From: Bacteroidia bacterium
Lineage (GTDB): Bacteria > Bacteroidota > Bacteroidia > NS11-12g > UBA9320
Assembly (NCBI GenBank): GCA_965216465.1
Contig: CBDCFW010000006.1
Coordinates: 288,001 to 352,000 of the forward strand
Reading direction: 5' to 3'
Length of the DNA: 64,000 nt
Below, in pieces: positions 30,049 through 39,464 of this stretch; the first letter of the stretch is position 1; each line of letters begins with the position of its first letter. The position numbers and the translations under genes were made by a program. The notes under the pieces were generated by a model. That model was not told the DNA's origin and did not search any database. It saw only the letters and a list, made by a program, of their open reading frames with translations.

Positions 30049-30469
30049 ATACATTAGACTTAATATGGGTTTAGGATCTATGACTGGATCCAATTTTACT
30101 AAGACATTTCCTGACGCTGCACTTGTTATTAATCCAAGTCTGGAATTCGGCAATAATATCTCTTTGCACGCTGGGGGTTTGGTATTAGTCAGAGATTCGT
30201 TAACCTTAGATTCTACCCGAACACGAGGGGTAGAGTTTTTTGAGATCGGCTTTTGTGCTAAACAAACATTTGCAAATGAAAAAATGTACGCTCGAGGAGG
30301 ATACTTTATTTTGTCGAACAGCAACGGCGAAGGACATCGTGTATTGGGTCAACTAGGCCTTTCAGTCTCCGAGTATACCAATTTCTATCTTGAGTATAGC
30401 AGGCTCTATGCGAAACAAGAAGATTTACTCGGCAATCTCTTTACATTTGGATTTTCATTTCAATTTTGA
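29969..30469 (+). CDS. Small outer-membrane beta-barrel protein, paralog 2
   Basis: Colinear paralog of 29384 (GSMTG, PDAA, GEGHRV.GQLG), terminal GFSFQF. Confidence 0.65.
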   Translation: MKKLLLGIALLLSISSLAQSDSSSSPPYIRLNMGLGSMTGSNFTKTFPDAALVINPSLEFGNNISLHAGGLVLVRDSLTLDSTRTRGVEFFEIGFCAKQTFANEKMYARGGYFILSNSNGEGHRVLGQLGLSVSEYTNFYLEYSRLYAKQEDLLGNLFTFGFSFQF

Positions 30470-30903
30470 TTATTGAACAAATAAAAATTCCAAGTGAACA
30501 ATACACCCAATCTTTAGGTTTGAGGCAAGATGTACTTCGAACACCTTTAGGGCTTGATATTAAAGATGAAGATCTTTCTGACGACATACATCAAATCCAC
30601 TTTGGAGCATTTCAACAAGGAACAATTGTTGGCATTGTAATTTTAGTTCCACACTATCAACCAGGAGTTGGTAAGTTAAGACAAATGGCAACGTCTCCAG
30701 AAGTTCGAGGTAAAGGCATTGGCATCAAACTGGTTGAAGCACTTGAAACATATGCTAATGCCAATGATATGCCAACCGTCTTATTGCACGCCAGGGAGGT
30801 AGCCATGGGTTTTTACGAAAAGCTTGGTTACACTATCTGTTCCGAACCGTTTGAAGAAGTTGGAATTAAGCATTTCAAAATGAAGAAAATGTTAAGTGAA
30901 TAA
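30466..30903 (+). CDS. GNAT family N-acetyltransferase
   Basis: LRQMAT...RGKGIG...LHARE.A.GFYEKLGY...FEEVGIKH. Confidence 0.9.
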   Translation: MIIEQIKIPSEQYTQSLGLRQDVLRTPLGLDIKDEDLSDDIHQIHFGAFQQGTIVGIVILVPHYQPGVGKLRQMATSPEVRGKGIGIKLVEALETYANANDMPTVLLHAREVAMGFYEKLGYTICSEPFEEVGIKHFKMKKMLSE

Positions 30904-30917
30904 TTCATCTTTGCATC

Positions 30918-32663
30918 CTGCGTTTACTTGATTCCATAAACAACCCAGAAGACCTTAAAAAACTATCTGTAGATCAGCTTCCGAGCTTGTGCACTGAGAT
31001 ACGCGAGTTTTTCATTGAAAAGATTTTGAAGAATGGTGGTCACTTCAGTGCCAATTTAGGGGTTGTTGAATTAACCGTAGCCTTGCATTATGTCTTCGAT
31101 TTTAAATCAGATAAATTGGTATGGGACGTTGGTCATCAAGCCTACATTCATAAGCTGCTAACCGGACGTAAAAGCGAATTTGAAACCATCCGAAAAATGG
31201 ATGGATTGAGCGGATTCCCGAAGATTGACGAAAGCGTTTACGACCATTTCGGCACTGGGCATTCTTCGACTTCGATCTCAGCAATTTTGGGAATGGCTGA
31301 AGCTTCTTTTCTTAACAAAGAAAACAAGAAACATGTGGCTGTTATTGGCGATGGTTCTTTAAGTGGAGGGATGGCTTTTGAGGCTTTGAATAACTTGGGA
31401 ATGTCAAAAGCCAATGTTTTAGTTATTGTAAACGACAACGAGATGGGAATTGACCCTAATCTCGGAGCTATAAACCAACATTTGGCTAAGATTGATTCAT
31501 CTTCTACAAACGTCTTTCAGAATTTAAATTTAGATTATTCTGGTCCGATTGATGGTCACGATATAACGCAACTCATTGCCTATCTAAGGGAAAATAAATC
31601 TGCACAAACTCCAAAGGTTCTGCATATAAAGACCACCAAGGGAAAAGGTCATGAAGCTGCAGAACGGGAACAAACCCAATGGCACAGCGTAAGCTATGTT
31701 AAGATTGACCCGCTAAAGCCAGAAACACTTGAAGTAAAACCTCCAAAATTTCAAGATGTATTTGGTCACACCTTAGTAGAGCTTGCTGAAAAAGATGAAC
31801 GCGTTGTCGGAATCACGCCAGCCATGCCAAGTGGGTCATCTATGAAATATTTGATGGAGGCCATGCCGGAACGAGTTTTTGATGTTGGGATTGCAGAACA
31901 GCATGCAGTTACCTTTTCAGCCGGACTTGCATTGGAAGGTAAAAGACCTTTTTGCAATATTTACTCTTCTTTCACACAACGTGCATATGACCAAATCATT
32001 CATGATGTTGCCCTGCAAAACATCCCTGTAATTTTCTGTCTCGATCGAGCTGGATTAGTCGGTGAAGATGGACCAACCCACCACGGAGCATTCGATTTAG
32101 CTTTTCTAAAGCTGATCCCGAATCTCACCATCATTGCTCCCATGGATGAAGTTGAATTGCGAAATGCTATGCATTGGGCGGTAGGCTACACCAAAGGGCC
32201 GGTGGTAATCCGATATCCCAGAGGAAGAGGCAAATCAATAGACTACAAGCAAGAATTGGAACAGTATAAAGCTGGCCAAAGTAGGCTAATGCAAGACGGA
32301 AACGATTTAGCCATAGTTTCAATTGGGGCTATTGGAATCGAGGTGGAAAAAGCTCTTCAGACTAAAGAAAATAGCCTATTGCATTTAGATGCTCGATTTG
32401 CAAAGCCTATTGACCTTAATGCAATTGGTGATATTTTTCGACGTTTTACAAAAATTATAACGGTTGAAGATGGCAGTATTTCGGGTGGATTTGGTGAGCA
32501 AATAAAAGCACTTGCATTAGACAGCCAATACCAAGGCACTATCACATCGTTAGGACTTCCAGACGAGTTTATTGCTCATGCATCTGTGCAAGAACTACGT
32601 TCAAAATATGGTTTAGATGCCGAAGGCATTTCGAAGGTGATTGACACCTTAGTTAAACCCTAA
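30918..32663 (+). CDS. dxs: 1-deoxy-D-xylulose-5-phosphate synthase (probable CTG start)
   Basis: GGHFSANLG, DVGHQAY, GHSSTSISA, GDGS..GGMAFEALN, IAEQHA, DRAGLVGEDGPTHHG and IRYPRG motifs. The conserved N-terminus LLDSINNPEDLKKL lies in frame upstream of TTG 30987. Confidence 0.95.
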   Translation: MRLLDSINNPEDLKKLSVDQLPSLCTEIREFFIEKILKNGGHFSANLGVVELTVALHYVFDFKSDKLVWDVGHQAYIHKLLTGRKSEFETIRKMDGLSGFPKIDESVYDHFGTGHSSTSISAILGMAEASFLNKENKKHVAVIGDGSLSGGMAFEALNNLGMSKANVLVIVNDNEMGIDPNLGAINQHLAKIDSSSTNVFQNLNLDYSGPIDGHDITQLIAYLRENKSAQTPKVLHIKTTKGKGHEAAEREQTQWHSVSYVKIDPLKPETLEVKPPKFQDVFGHTLVELAEKDERVVGITPAMPSGSSMKYLMEAMPERVFDVGIAEQHAVTFSAGLALEGKRPFCNIYSSFTQRAYDQIIHDVALQNIPVIFCLDRAGLVGEDGPTHHGAFDLAFLKLIPNLTIIAPMDEVELRNAMHWAVGYTKGPVVIRYPRGRGKSIDYKQELEQYKAGQSRLMQDGNDLAIVSIGAIGIEVEKALQTKENSLLHLDARFAKPIDLNAIGDIFRRFTKIITVEDGSISGGFGEQIKALALDSQYQGTITSLGLPDEFIAHASVQELRSKYGLDAEGISKVIDTLVKP

Positions 32664-32737
32664 TCACCTGCTCTAACCTGCTTCAATTTGCTCAGTTGAT
32701 AAAGAATCGGTAATCTTGTTAGACCAGAAACCAACTC

Positions 32738-33238
32738 ATGAAATCAATTTTTACCCTTATCCTGCTTTTATCTATATGCTTCATGTTTGCACAAACAGAC
32801 ACTGTCTCAAATGATGTTCCTTCGGTCGTGGTGAAAAATATTGACGGTGAATCAATCGATGTTGCCTCGTATGCAACTAACGGACACATTACCATTCTTT
32901 GCTTTTTTGCAACTTGGTGTAAACCTTGTTATAGTGAGTTTAAAAACTTCAGCGAATTACTTGTCGATTGGGAAGAACAATACGATGTAGAATTGGTTGG
33001 AATCAGCACAGATGATGCTCGAAATATGGCAAAAGTCAAGTCTACAGTAGCTGGTATGGGCTGGGATTTTGATATTCTTTTAGACCCGAATGGAGATATT
33101 CAACGAGCTATGAATGTAGTAAGTCCACCGATGACCATGGTTGTTGACCGAAATGGAAATGTAGTTTACCGTCACCTGGGATATTTAGAGGGCGACGAAT
33201 ATGAAGTAGAAGATAAATTGAAAGAGCTAACTGACTAG
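32738..33238 (+). CDS. TlpA-family thioredoxin-like disulfide reductase
   Basis: FFATWCKPC motif; signal peptide. Confidence 0.88.
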   Translation: MKSIFTLILLLSICFMFAQTDTVSNDVPSVVVKNIDGESIDVASYATNGHITILCFFATWCKPCYSEFKNFSELLVDWEEQYDVELVGISTDDARNMAKVKSTVAGMGWDFDILLDPNGDIQRAMNVVSPPMTMVVDRNGNVVYRHLGYLEGDEYEVEDKLKELTD

Positions 33239-34107
33239 TTAACTGTAAGTTTTGCTACAACACGGAATCCAACTTTTGCATTAGGAACGCTTGCATCCTG
33301 TTCACTTTCTACGCGAATATCGTAGCCGGTATCACTCCAACTTCCACCCATAGCAACATCTTCATCAAGAATCATTTCTGCTACGTTGCCGCAGGTGTTG
33401 TACACTCCAAATTCGTTCGGAAAATAAGATGTAGTTGGCGTGGTAATGAACCCACCGTCTAGGGCTAGACTGCCACTCACAACCTCATACTTTTTGGTAT
33501 CTTCATTCCAATGTATGCTTTCGCCACCAGTAGTTTTGTGATTGTATAGGAAACATCCTTTCGAGTTTCTCAGAAATGGTCCACCATGAGAATAAGTACT
33601 CATTCTATCACCACGTGCCGCCCTGATCCATTGCTTTTTAGTAGGCAGACTAAAGGTTACGCTTACATTCTTATCCTTCAAAATAATTCTTTCAGAGAGC
33701 CAAGAACAATAAGCTATAGCTTGTTCTTTGCTCACTCCTACAACGGGATAATCTTTGTACGCGGGATGCTGAAAGTAATGATGCATATACGGTTCACCGT
33801 ACATCATTTTTTCTTTATTTACCCAAATAGACGTATCAGGATAATACTTATGATAATCATCCATCTTGCCATTCTGTTTCAAATCATACAGAAACTCTTT
33901 GTAAGCTATGTTCGTTACCTCTTGAGATGACACATAGAATCCTTCTAGGGAATCTTGCACCGCATTGGGCTCATCTACATTGGTAAACACCTTACCTGAA
34001 GGCACATAAACATACATTTTGGGGAGGTGCTTGCTAGTAATTGGCTTCTTTTTACCTATAAAACCAAAGCTAAAAGCAAGGAGCAACAGAACACTTAGTT
34101 TTTTCAT
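33235..34107 (-). CDS. SUMF1/FGE-sulfatase domain protein (GldK/GldJ-like fold)
   Basis: EVTNIAY, YPVVGVS, LPT..QW..AARG, PNEFGVY..CGNVAEM and GFRV motifs. Confidence 0.85.
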   Translation of the reverse strand: MKKLSVLLLLAFSFGFIGKKKPITSKHLPKMYVYVPSGKVFTNVDEPNAVQDSLEGFYVSSQEVTNIAYKEFLYDLKQNGKMDDYHKYYPDTSIWVNKEKMMYGEPYMHHYFQHPAYKDYPVVGVSKEQAIAYCSWLSERIILKDKNVSVTFSLPTKKQWIRAARGDRMSTYSHGGPFLRNSKGCFLYNHKTTGGESIHWNEDTKKYEVVSGSLALDGGFITTPTTSYFPNEFGVYNTCGNVAEMILDEDVAMGGSWSDTGYDIRVESEQDASVPNAKVGFRVVAKLTVN

Positions 34108-34136
34108 AAATATTAAACGTGAGTCGGTACGACTTA

Positions 34137-34928
34137 TTATAGATCCTTCGCTTGAGCAACCAATTCAGCAAGGTCGAGCACTTCAACTTCGCTTTCTTTA
34201 TTGGCATTCTTGATTCCATCACCAATCATGGTTGTGCAGAAAGGGCAGTTAGCCGAAACGATACTCGCACCTGTAGCGATGGCTTCATCGGTTCTTTCAA
34301 TATTCACATCTTTATCTCCAGCTTCCGATTCTTTGAACATTTGAGCTCCACCAGCACCACAGCATAAGCCATTGGTTCTGCATCTTTTCATTTCAACGAG
34401 CTCAGCGTCTAATGCTTCCAAAATTCGGCGAGGTGCGTCGTATACCCCATTCGCTCGTCCAAGATAGCAGCTGTCGTGATAGGTGATTTTTTTGCCTTTA
34501 AATCCACCCTCCCCAAAGGTTAGCTTACCATCGTCGATTAACTCTTGTAACAATTGGGTGTGATGTATTACTTCATATTCACCACCCAAGCTAGGATACT
34601 CATTTTTGATGGTATTGAAGCAGTGCGGACATGTAGTTACTATTTTGGTGATTTCGTAGGCATTCAATGTGGCAATATTGGCCATGGCCTGCATTTGAAA
34701 CAAGAATTCGTTTCCTGCTCTTTTTGCCGGATCACCTGTACAGGTTTCTTCGGTTCCAAGAATGGCATATTTAACTCCTACATTGTGTAAAATCTTAACA
34801 AAGGCTTTGGTAATTTTCTGTGCACGCTCATCAAAGCTTCCTGCACATCCGACCCAAAATAAAATATCGGGTTTTTCTCCTTTCGCGGTTAATTCTGCTA
34901 CTGTAGGTACTTGAATTGGATCACTCAT
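34137..34928 (-). CDS. CCG-domain (Fe-S)-binding protein (C-terminal half of FadF/GlpC-like oxidoreductase)
   Basis: WVGC, CTGD, CPHC, YHDSCYLGR, CCGAGG and CPFC motifs. Confidence 0.9.
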   Translation of the reverse strand: MSDPIQVPTVAELTAKGEKPDILFWVGCAGSFDERAQKITKAFVKILHNVGVKYAILGTEETCTGDPAKRAGNEFLFQMQAMANIATLNAYEITKIVTTCPHCFNTIKNEYPSLGGEYEVIHHTQLLQELIDDGKLTFGEGGFKGKKITYHDSCYLGRANGVYDAPRRILEALDAELVEMKRCRTNGLCCGAGGAQMFKESEAGDKDVNIERTDEAIATGASIVSANCPFCTTMIGDGIKNANKESEVEVLDLAELVAQAKDL

Positions 34929-34962
34929 TGGGCTGGCAAGTTAATACAAAATCGCTGTATTT

Positions 34963-37689
34963 CTATCGCCTTTTGTCTACAGGACCACCAACATCTTTTT
35001 TAGGCGTTGGTTTCTTGATTTTATAGGTCACCGTTCCCATTACATAGCGCGTAATGGTGTTAGTTCGATTCTCTACAAATCGGTTTGCACTCCACCATCG
35101 CCAAACATTCTGATTCTTATCTAAAATGTCATAGGCTCTAACTCCTAAGCTCCATTTCTGCTCTTTATCAATAAACACAGAGAACGACGAACTCCAGATT
35201 GGAATACTTAACTGCCCAACGGTTGAGTTGCTACCAAATAACTCCCAATATAATTCACTTGACCACTCAACACGATCGATTGGCGTCCAAATAAACTCAG
35301 CATCCACTTCGTGATAACCGAATGGATTATTCTCTACTCCACCAATGCTCCCTTGTTTCCAAGTGTATAGGTAACGCAGGTCTAAACTCACCTTATCAAA
35401 CTCATTCAATTGAATACGCGGCCCTATAGAATAACCGCTATTTAAGCTTAGCACATCTTCCTTGTTTTGGATGAAGTAAGAACGATTGAAATCATATTCA
35501 ATCTCAAGTCCTAATGTTGCTTTCAGCTTAGCTACAGGCCAGTTGAATGAAAAGTCGTGGTTTGAATATACGTGGTCTTTATAATTCAAGTACTCAGCTA
35601 CAGAATAATTGTCTTCTGTAATTGTATTGCTGTTCACAATTGGTTTGAGTGAAAAAGATGTCCAGCCACCAATTGAAACAGATTTGCCCAAACCGAAAAA
35701 TCTTCGGTAGTGCCAACCGTTGTTGTAGTTAATATAATTCTGTAAGTCTATTGCTCCAACCTTGGTTACGTATGGGTTGCTATTATCGCGAACAGGAATA
35801 ATCTGAGCTACTTGAGGCTTTCTTACACTCGCTCTAAAATTGAATCTGAAATCGTATTTATGAGCCTTCTGAGAGCGAATCCACATAAACGGAATAAAGA
35901 ACTTCTGATTGAAACTGTACGATGCAGTTGTATCGGTCGTAAACGTTCTTTCTTCAATAGTTTGATTGATTTCTGGAACAAAGTAAATGTTCGTAAAAGA
36001 ATCCAACTGATAGCGAATATGCATGAAGTACTCCATATTTTGAGCGGTTACTTGCCCTACAGGACTTTGTTCTGGAATTTCTTCCGCACCAGCTGGAATC
36101 CATCTAAAATCGTGCTCATAGGTGCTGCGCATCCAATTGAAACCGGGTCTGATGGTCCATTTTTTTGATAGCACTATTTGGTATGCCGAAGTGGTTGCCA
36201 CAGTTTGTTGAGCAGTAGTTAATTTTTGATCTAACAACGAAGCTTCTTCGTTTGGTATCGGCAATAAAAATGAGTCAACCGTATTGAAATAAGAACTGTA
36301 GGCATTGCTTAGTTCTGATTGATCGTAATACACTGAACCTAAAAAGTGATTCTCCTTTTTCAGTTTCATTTTGCGGGTCCAATGCAGTTTCGTCACAACT
36401 TTATAGTCGCCGCTTTCAACATTGTCACGGTCTACACCACTGTTCAAAATCGACTCGGTATCTATAAAATTAAATGTTCGCGACATGTTTGTAGCTGCGT
36501 CAGCACTGGTATTAAATTGCCCTCTGAACACAAATCGATTGAGTGTATCGGGTTCAAACTCTACCTTAGAATTTATTTGATGCTGATTACGTGTTCCGTT
36601 TGCTTGTTCACGCGAGTCTGAAAAAAGAGTATTGTCGGTCAGGTAAACTTCTGAATTTGACTCAGCAATCTTTGTAGATTCTTCGTTGGTCAGAACATAT
36701 GCCACATCGGTCTTCATTCCCTCGATTGGCTCAAAATGTAAATTTGCTCCAACTCCGTTATACGATTTAATCCCTCCGCTCCACCACATGGTACGGTTAT
36801 TACTGTTAAATGGGTTTATCTCGAACGATTGAAGGGTTTGCATGGCACGCCATCCGTAAAGTCGGCGGTTTAAATTATTTGCACCACCTATAATAGAAAG
36901 TTGAGTTTCATCTTTAAAGAAATTAATATTTCCGTGGCCGTCGTAATAATTCTGATCGCCTAGTCCTCCTCTTAGTGTTCCAAAATATCCTTGTGTATGC
37001 TCCTCTTTAAGCACTAGGTTGATTACTTTTTCGCGTTGACTATCATCTTGGCCGGTAAATTCATCTTCATCTGTTTTCTTATCAATTACTTCAACCTTGT
37101 CAACCAATGAAGCATCCAAATTTTTTGTAGCCGCTTCAACATTCCCGCCAAAAAATTCTTTTCCATTAATCATTACTTTGGTAACGGTTTGTCCTTCAAC
37201 ATTTACGCTTCCATCTTTATTTACTTGAATACCTGGCATTTTTCGAATGAGGTCTTCAACTGTGGCATTCGATTGCGTTTTAAAGCTTGATGCATTGTAC
37301 ATTACCGTATCGCCATTTAGCAGGATAGGAATCTTTTTGGCCACAACCATTACTTCTTCGATGCTCATTGTAGATGCTGCTAATGAAATATCTACGTTTT
37401 TCTGGTCACGGTTAATGTCTATTTCATGATATTTTACCTCATAACCCACGCTAGCAATCACCAAATAATAGGTTCCTTGCTCCACTCCGCGGATGGCATA
37501 TTTTCCATTTTCATCAGAAACAGCGAATTGAACTACAGAAGAATCTGCAATTTCCGACAAAGCAATGCTAGCAAAAGGCACAGCTTTCCCCTCAGTATCA
37601 GTAATTTGACCTGCTATGTTAAATCGGGCTGCCGACGCCGAAATGCTAAATAGTAGGAAAGCACAAATCGTAAATAGAGCTTTTGGCAT
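34963..37689 (-). CDS. Large outer-membrane beta-barrel protein with carboxypeptidase-regulatory-like N-domain (TonB-dependent-like)
   Basis: GQITD...VPFASI, GDTVMYNA..F, EDLIRKMPGI, INGKEFF and YDILDKN...RYVM motifs. Confidence 0.82.
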   Translation of the reverse strand: MPKALFTICAFLLFSISASAARFNIAGQITDTEGKAVPFASIALSEIADSSVVQFAVSDENGKYAIRGVEQGTYYLVIASVGYEVKYHEIDINRDQKNVDISLAASTMSIEEVMVVAKKIPILLNGDTVMYNASSFKTQSNATVEDLIRKMPGIQVNKDGSVNVEGQTVTKVMINGKEFFGGNVEAATKNLDASLVDKVEVIDKKTDEDEFTGQDDSQREKVINLVLKEEHTQGYFGTLRGGLGDQNYYDGHGNINFFKDETQLSIIGGANNLNRRLYGWRAMQTLQSFEINPFNSNNRTMWWSGGIKSYNGVGANLHFEPIEGMKTDVAYVLTNEESTKIAESNSEVYLTDNTLFSDSREQANGTRNQHQINSKVEFEPDTLNRFVFRGQFNTSADAATNMSRTFNFIDTESILNSGVDRDNVESGDYKVVTKLHWTRKMKLKKENHFLGSVYYDQSELSNAYSSYFNTVDSFLLPIPNEEASLLDQKLTTAQQTVATTSAYQIVLSKKWTIRPGFNWMRSTYEHDFRWIPAGAEEIPEQSPVGQVTAQNMEYFMHIRYQLDSFTNIYFVPEINQTIEERTFTTDTTASYSFNQKFFIPFMWIRSQKAHKYDFRFNFRASVRKPQVAQIIPVRDNSNPYVTKVGAIDLQNYINYNNGWHYRRFFGLGKSVSIGGWTSFSLKPIVNSNTITEDNYSVAEYLNYKDHVYSNHDFSFNWPVAKLKATLGLEIEYDFNRSYFIQNKEDVLSLNSGYSIGPRIQLNEFDKVSLDLRYLYTWKQGSIGGVENNPFGYHEVDAEFIWTPIDRVEWSSELYWELFGSNSTVGQLSIPIWSSSFSVFIDKEQKWSLGVRAYDILDKNQNVWRWWSANRFVENRTNTITRYVMGTVTYKIKKPTPKKDVGGPVDKRR

Positions 37690-37723
37690 GATTAAGAAAC
37701 GAATATGGAGGCTAAAAAGTTGC

Positions 37724-39031
37724 TTAGTTTATATCTTTCGACCAATTAGCACGATCGCTAGGTGAAAATTGCCATGGTGCTTGATTGTTCTCGATGTTGC
37801 TATTCATCATATTCCATTCGCTTGGCATATCTGCTTTCTCCATGGCGAGGTATTGACGCATTCCGAAAATAATCTCAACCGGGTTAATGTTCACTGGACA
37901 AGCTTCAACACAGGCATTGCACGTAGTGCAAGCCCAAAGTTCTTCTTTTGAAATATAATCGTGAAGAGATTTACCGTCGTGGTGATCTGCTCCTTCAGCT
38001 GCTTTGGCCTTGCCAAGTTCTTCCATACGATCTCGGGTATCCATCATCACCTTACGTGGACTTAGTTTTTTACCGGTAAGATTTGCTGGGCAGTTGCTTG
38101 TACAACGACCACACTCTGTACACGTATATGCATCTAGCAGACTCTTCCAACTTAAATCAGTCACATCGTTCACTCCAAATTTCTCAGGAGGTGCCATATT
38201 TGGATCTGCTTTCGACGGATCGAGCATCATATTCACCTCGTTGGTAATTTCAGGCATATTATCAAGTTGTCCAACTGGCTTTAAGCGAGAATACCAAGTA
38301 TTTGGGAAGGCTAAAATGATATGCAGATGCTTGCTGTAAGGCACATAGTTAAGGAAGAAAAGAATTCCAATGATATGGAACCACCAGAAAACACGTTCGA
38401 AAATAATGAGGGTACTGGTAGAAAATCCTTCGAACCAAGGCACTAGAAATTGTGAGATTGGAAAAGATCCAGCAGCGATATAGTGTTCATCTCCTCGAGC
38501 TTGAAGCACTTGATCAGCAGCATTCATTTTGAGCAGTGCTGCCATCAAAACAATTTCCATTACGAGGATATAAGTGGCATCTTGTGTGGCCCATCCTTTC
38601 ATTTCAGGCTTATGGAAACGAGGAATTTTAGCAATAAATCTTCTCGTTAAGAAAATAGCACAAGCTATTAAAACGAGGATGGCTAATACTTCAAAGAAAC
38701 CAATTGCTGCGTTATATACAGGGCCTAAAACCGAGAGAACACGGTGGGTTCCGAAGAGGCCATCGATTACAATTTCGAGAACTTCAATATTGATGAGGAT
38801 GAATCCGACGTATACAATAATGTGCAGGAAACCAGCAACAGGACGAACAACCATCTTACTTTGACCAAGCGCTACTTTCGCCATGGTTTTCCAACGAAGG
38901 GCTTTGTTATCGTTAATTACTTCATCTTTCCCGAGGTTAATATTCTTGCGAATTCGGGTAATAGATTTGGTGAAGAAGTAAATGGCGGTGCCCAGTACCA
39001 GGAGGAAGATTATTTGTTCTAAATACTGCAT
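37724..39031 (-). CDS. Membrane-anchored 4Fe-4S dicluster oxidoreductase (N-terminal half of FadF-like enzyme)
   Basis: TM region with WWFH and SKHLH; CTECGRCTSNCP and CTTCNACVEACP clusters. Confidence 0.9.
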   Translation of the reverse strand: MQYLEQIIFLLVLGTAIYFFTKSITRIRKNINLGKDEVINDNKALRWKTMAKVALGQSKMVVRPVAGFLHIIVYVGFILINIEVLEIVIDGLFGTHRVLSVLGPVYNAAIGFFEVLAILVLIACAIFLTRRFIAKIPRFHKPEMKGWATQDATYILVMEIVLMAALLKMNAADQVLQARGDEHYIAAGSFPISQFLVPWFEGFSTSTLIIFERVFWWFHIIGILFFLNYVPYSKHLHIILAFPNTWYSRLKPVGQLDNMPEITNEVNMMLDPSKADPNMAPPEKFGVNDVTDLSWKSLLDAYTCTECGRCTSNCPANLTGKKLSPRKVMMDTRDRMEELGKAKAAEGADHHDGKSLHDYISKEELWACTTCNACVEACPVNINPVEIIFGMRQYLAMEKADMPSEWNMMNSNIENNQAPWQFSPSDRANWSKDIN

Positions 39032-39155
39032 GGAAATGAGGTCCAAAAATAGAATAATTTGGTTGATGGAAATATTTTAAATATCTACATCACATTTTGT
39101 TTTATAATTTCAACATTCCGTTTATTTTTGCACCCGCATTCGCAGGAATGATGTT

Positions 39156-39228
39156 GGTGCGGTAGCTCAGTTGGTAGAGCAAAGGACTGAAAATCCTTGT
39201 GTCGGCGGTTCGATCCCGCCCCACACCA
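39156..39228 (+). tRNA. tRNA-Phe(GAA)
   Basis: Cloverleaf: GGTGCGG/CCACACC acceptor (one C-A mismatch), D-arm AGCTCAGTTGGTAGAGC, anticodon GAA at 39189-39191, T-loop GGTTCGATCC. CCA not encoded. TATTTTTG promoter at 39123-39130. Confidence 0.97.
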
Positions 39229-39231
39229 CGC

Positions 39232-39262
39232 AAAAGACCCCTGGTAACTCAGGGGTTTTTTT
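39232..39262 (+). terminator. tRNA-Phe terminator
   Basis: ACCCCTG-gtaact-CAGGGGT followed by a T-run. Confidence 0.88.
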
Positions 39263-39412
39263 ATGTCTTATTTTGTCTATATCCTACAATCTGAAAGCAA
39301 TTATTCTTTTTACAAGGGAATATCTGATAATCTTTCTAGACGCTTATCCCAACACAACAACAAAGAATCGAAATATACTCGAAATTTTACACCATGGAGA
39401 TTGGTTATCTGA
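39263..39412 (+). pseudogene. Truncated GIY-YIG nuclease (small YhbQ/UPF0213-like type), 49 aa
   Basis: Hand translation MSYFVYILQSESNYSFYKGISDNLSRRLSQHNNKESKYTRNFTPWRLVI* has VYIL...YxG...RLxQHN...KYT...PWxLV but lacks the C-terminal helix carrying the metal-binding Glu. Confidence 0.85.
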
Positions 39413-39464
39413 TGTATCAAGTAACCACAATTGATTACCTTTGGGTTTCAATGTTTTGCTCTAA

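Noticed and set aside
33235-34107. Calling the FGE-domain gene gldK or gldJ
   Set aside because: Too short, no lipobox Cys and no gldLMN neighbours.
39171-39434. 87-aa ORF in the supplied track
   Set aside because: It starts inside tRNA-Phe and crosses its terminator; the coding signal is the GIY-YIG remnant in another frame.
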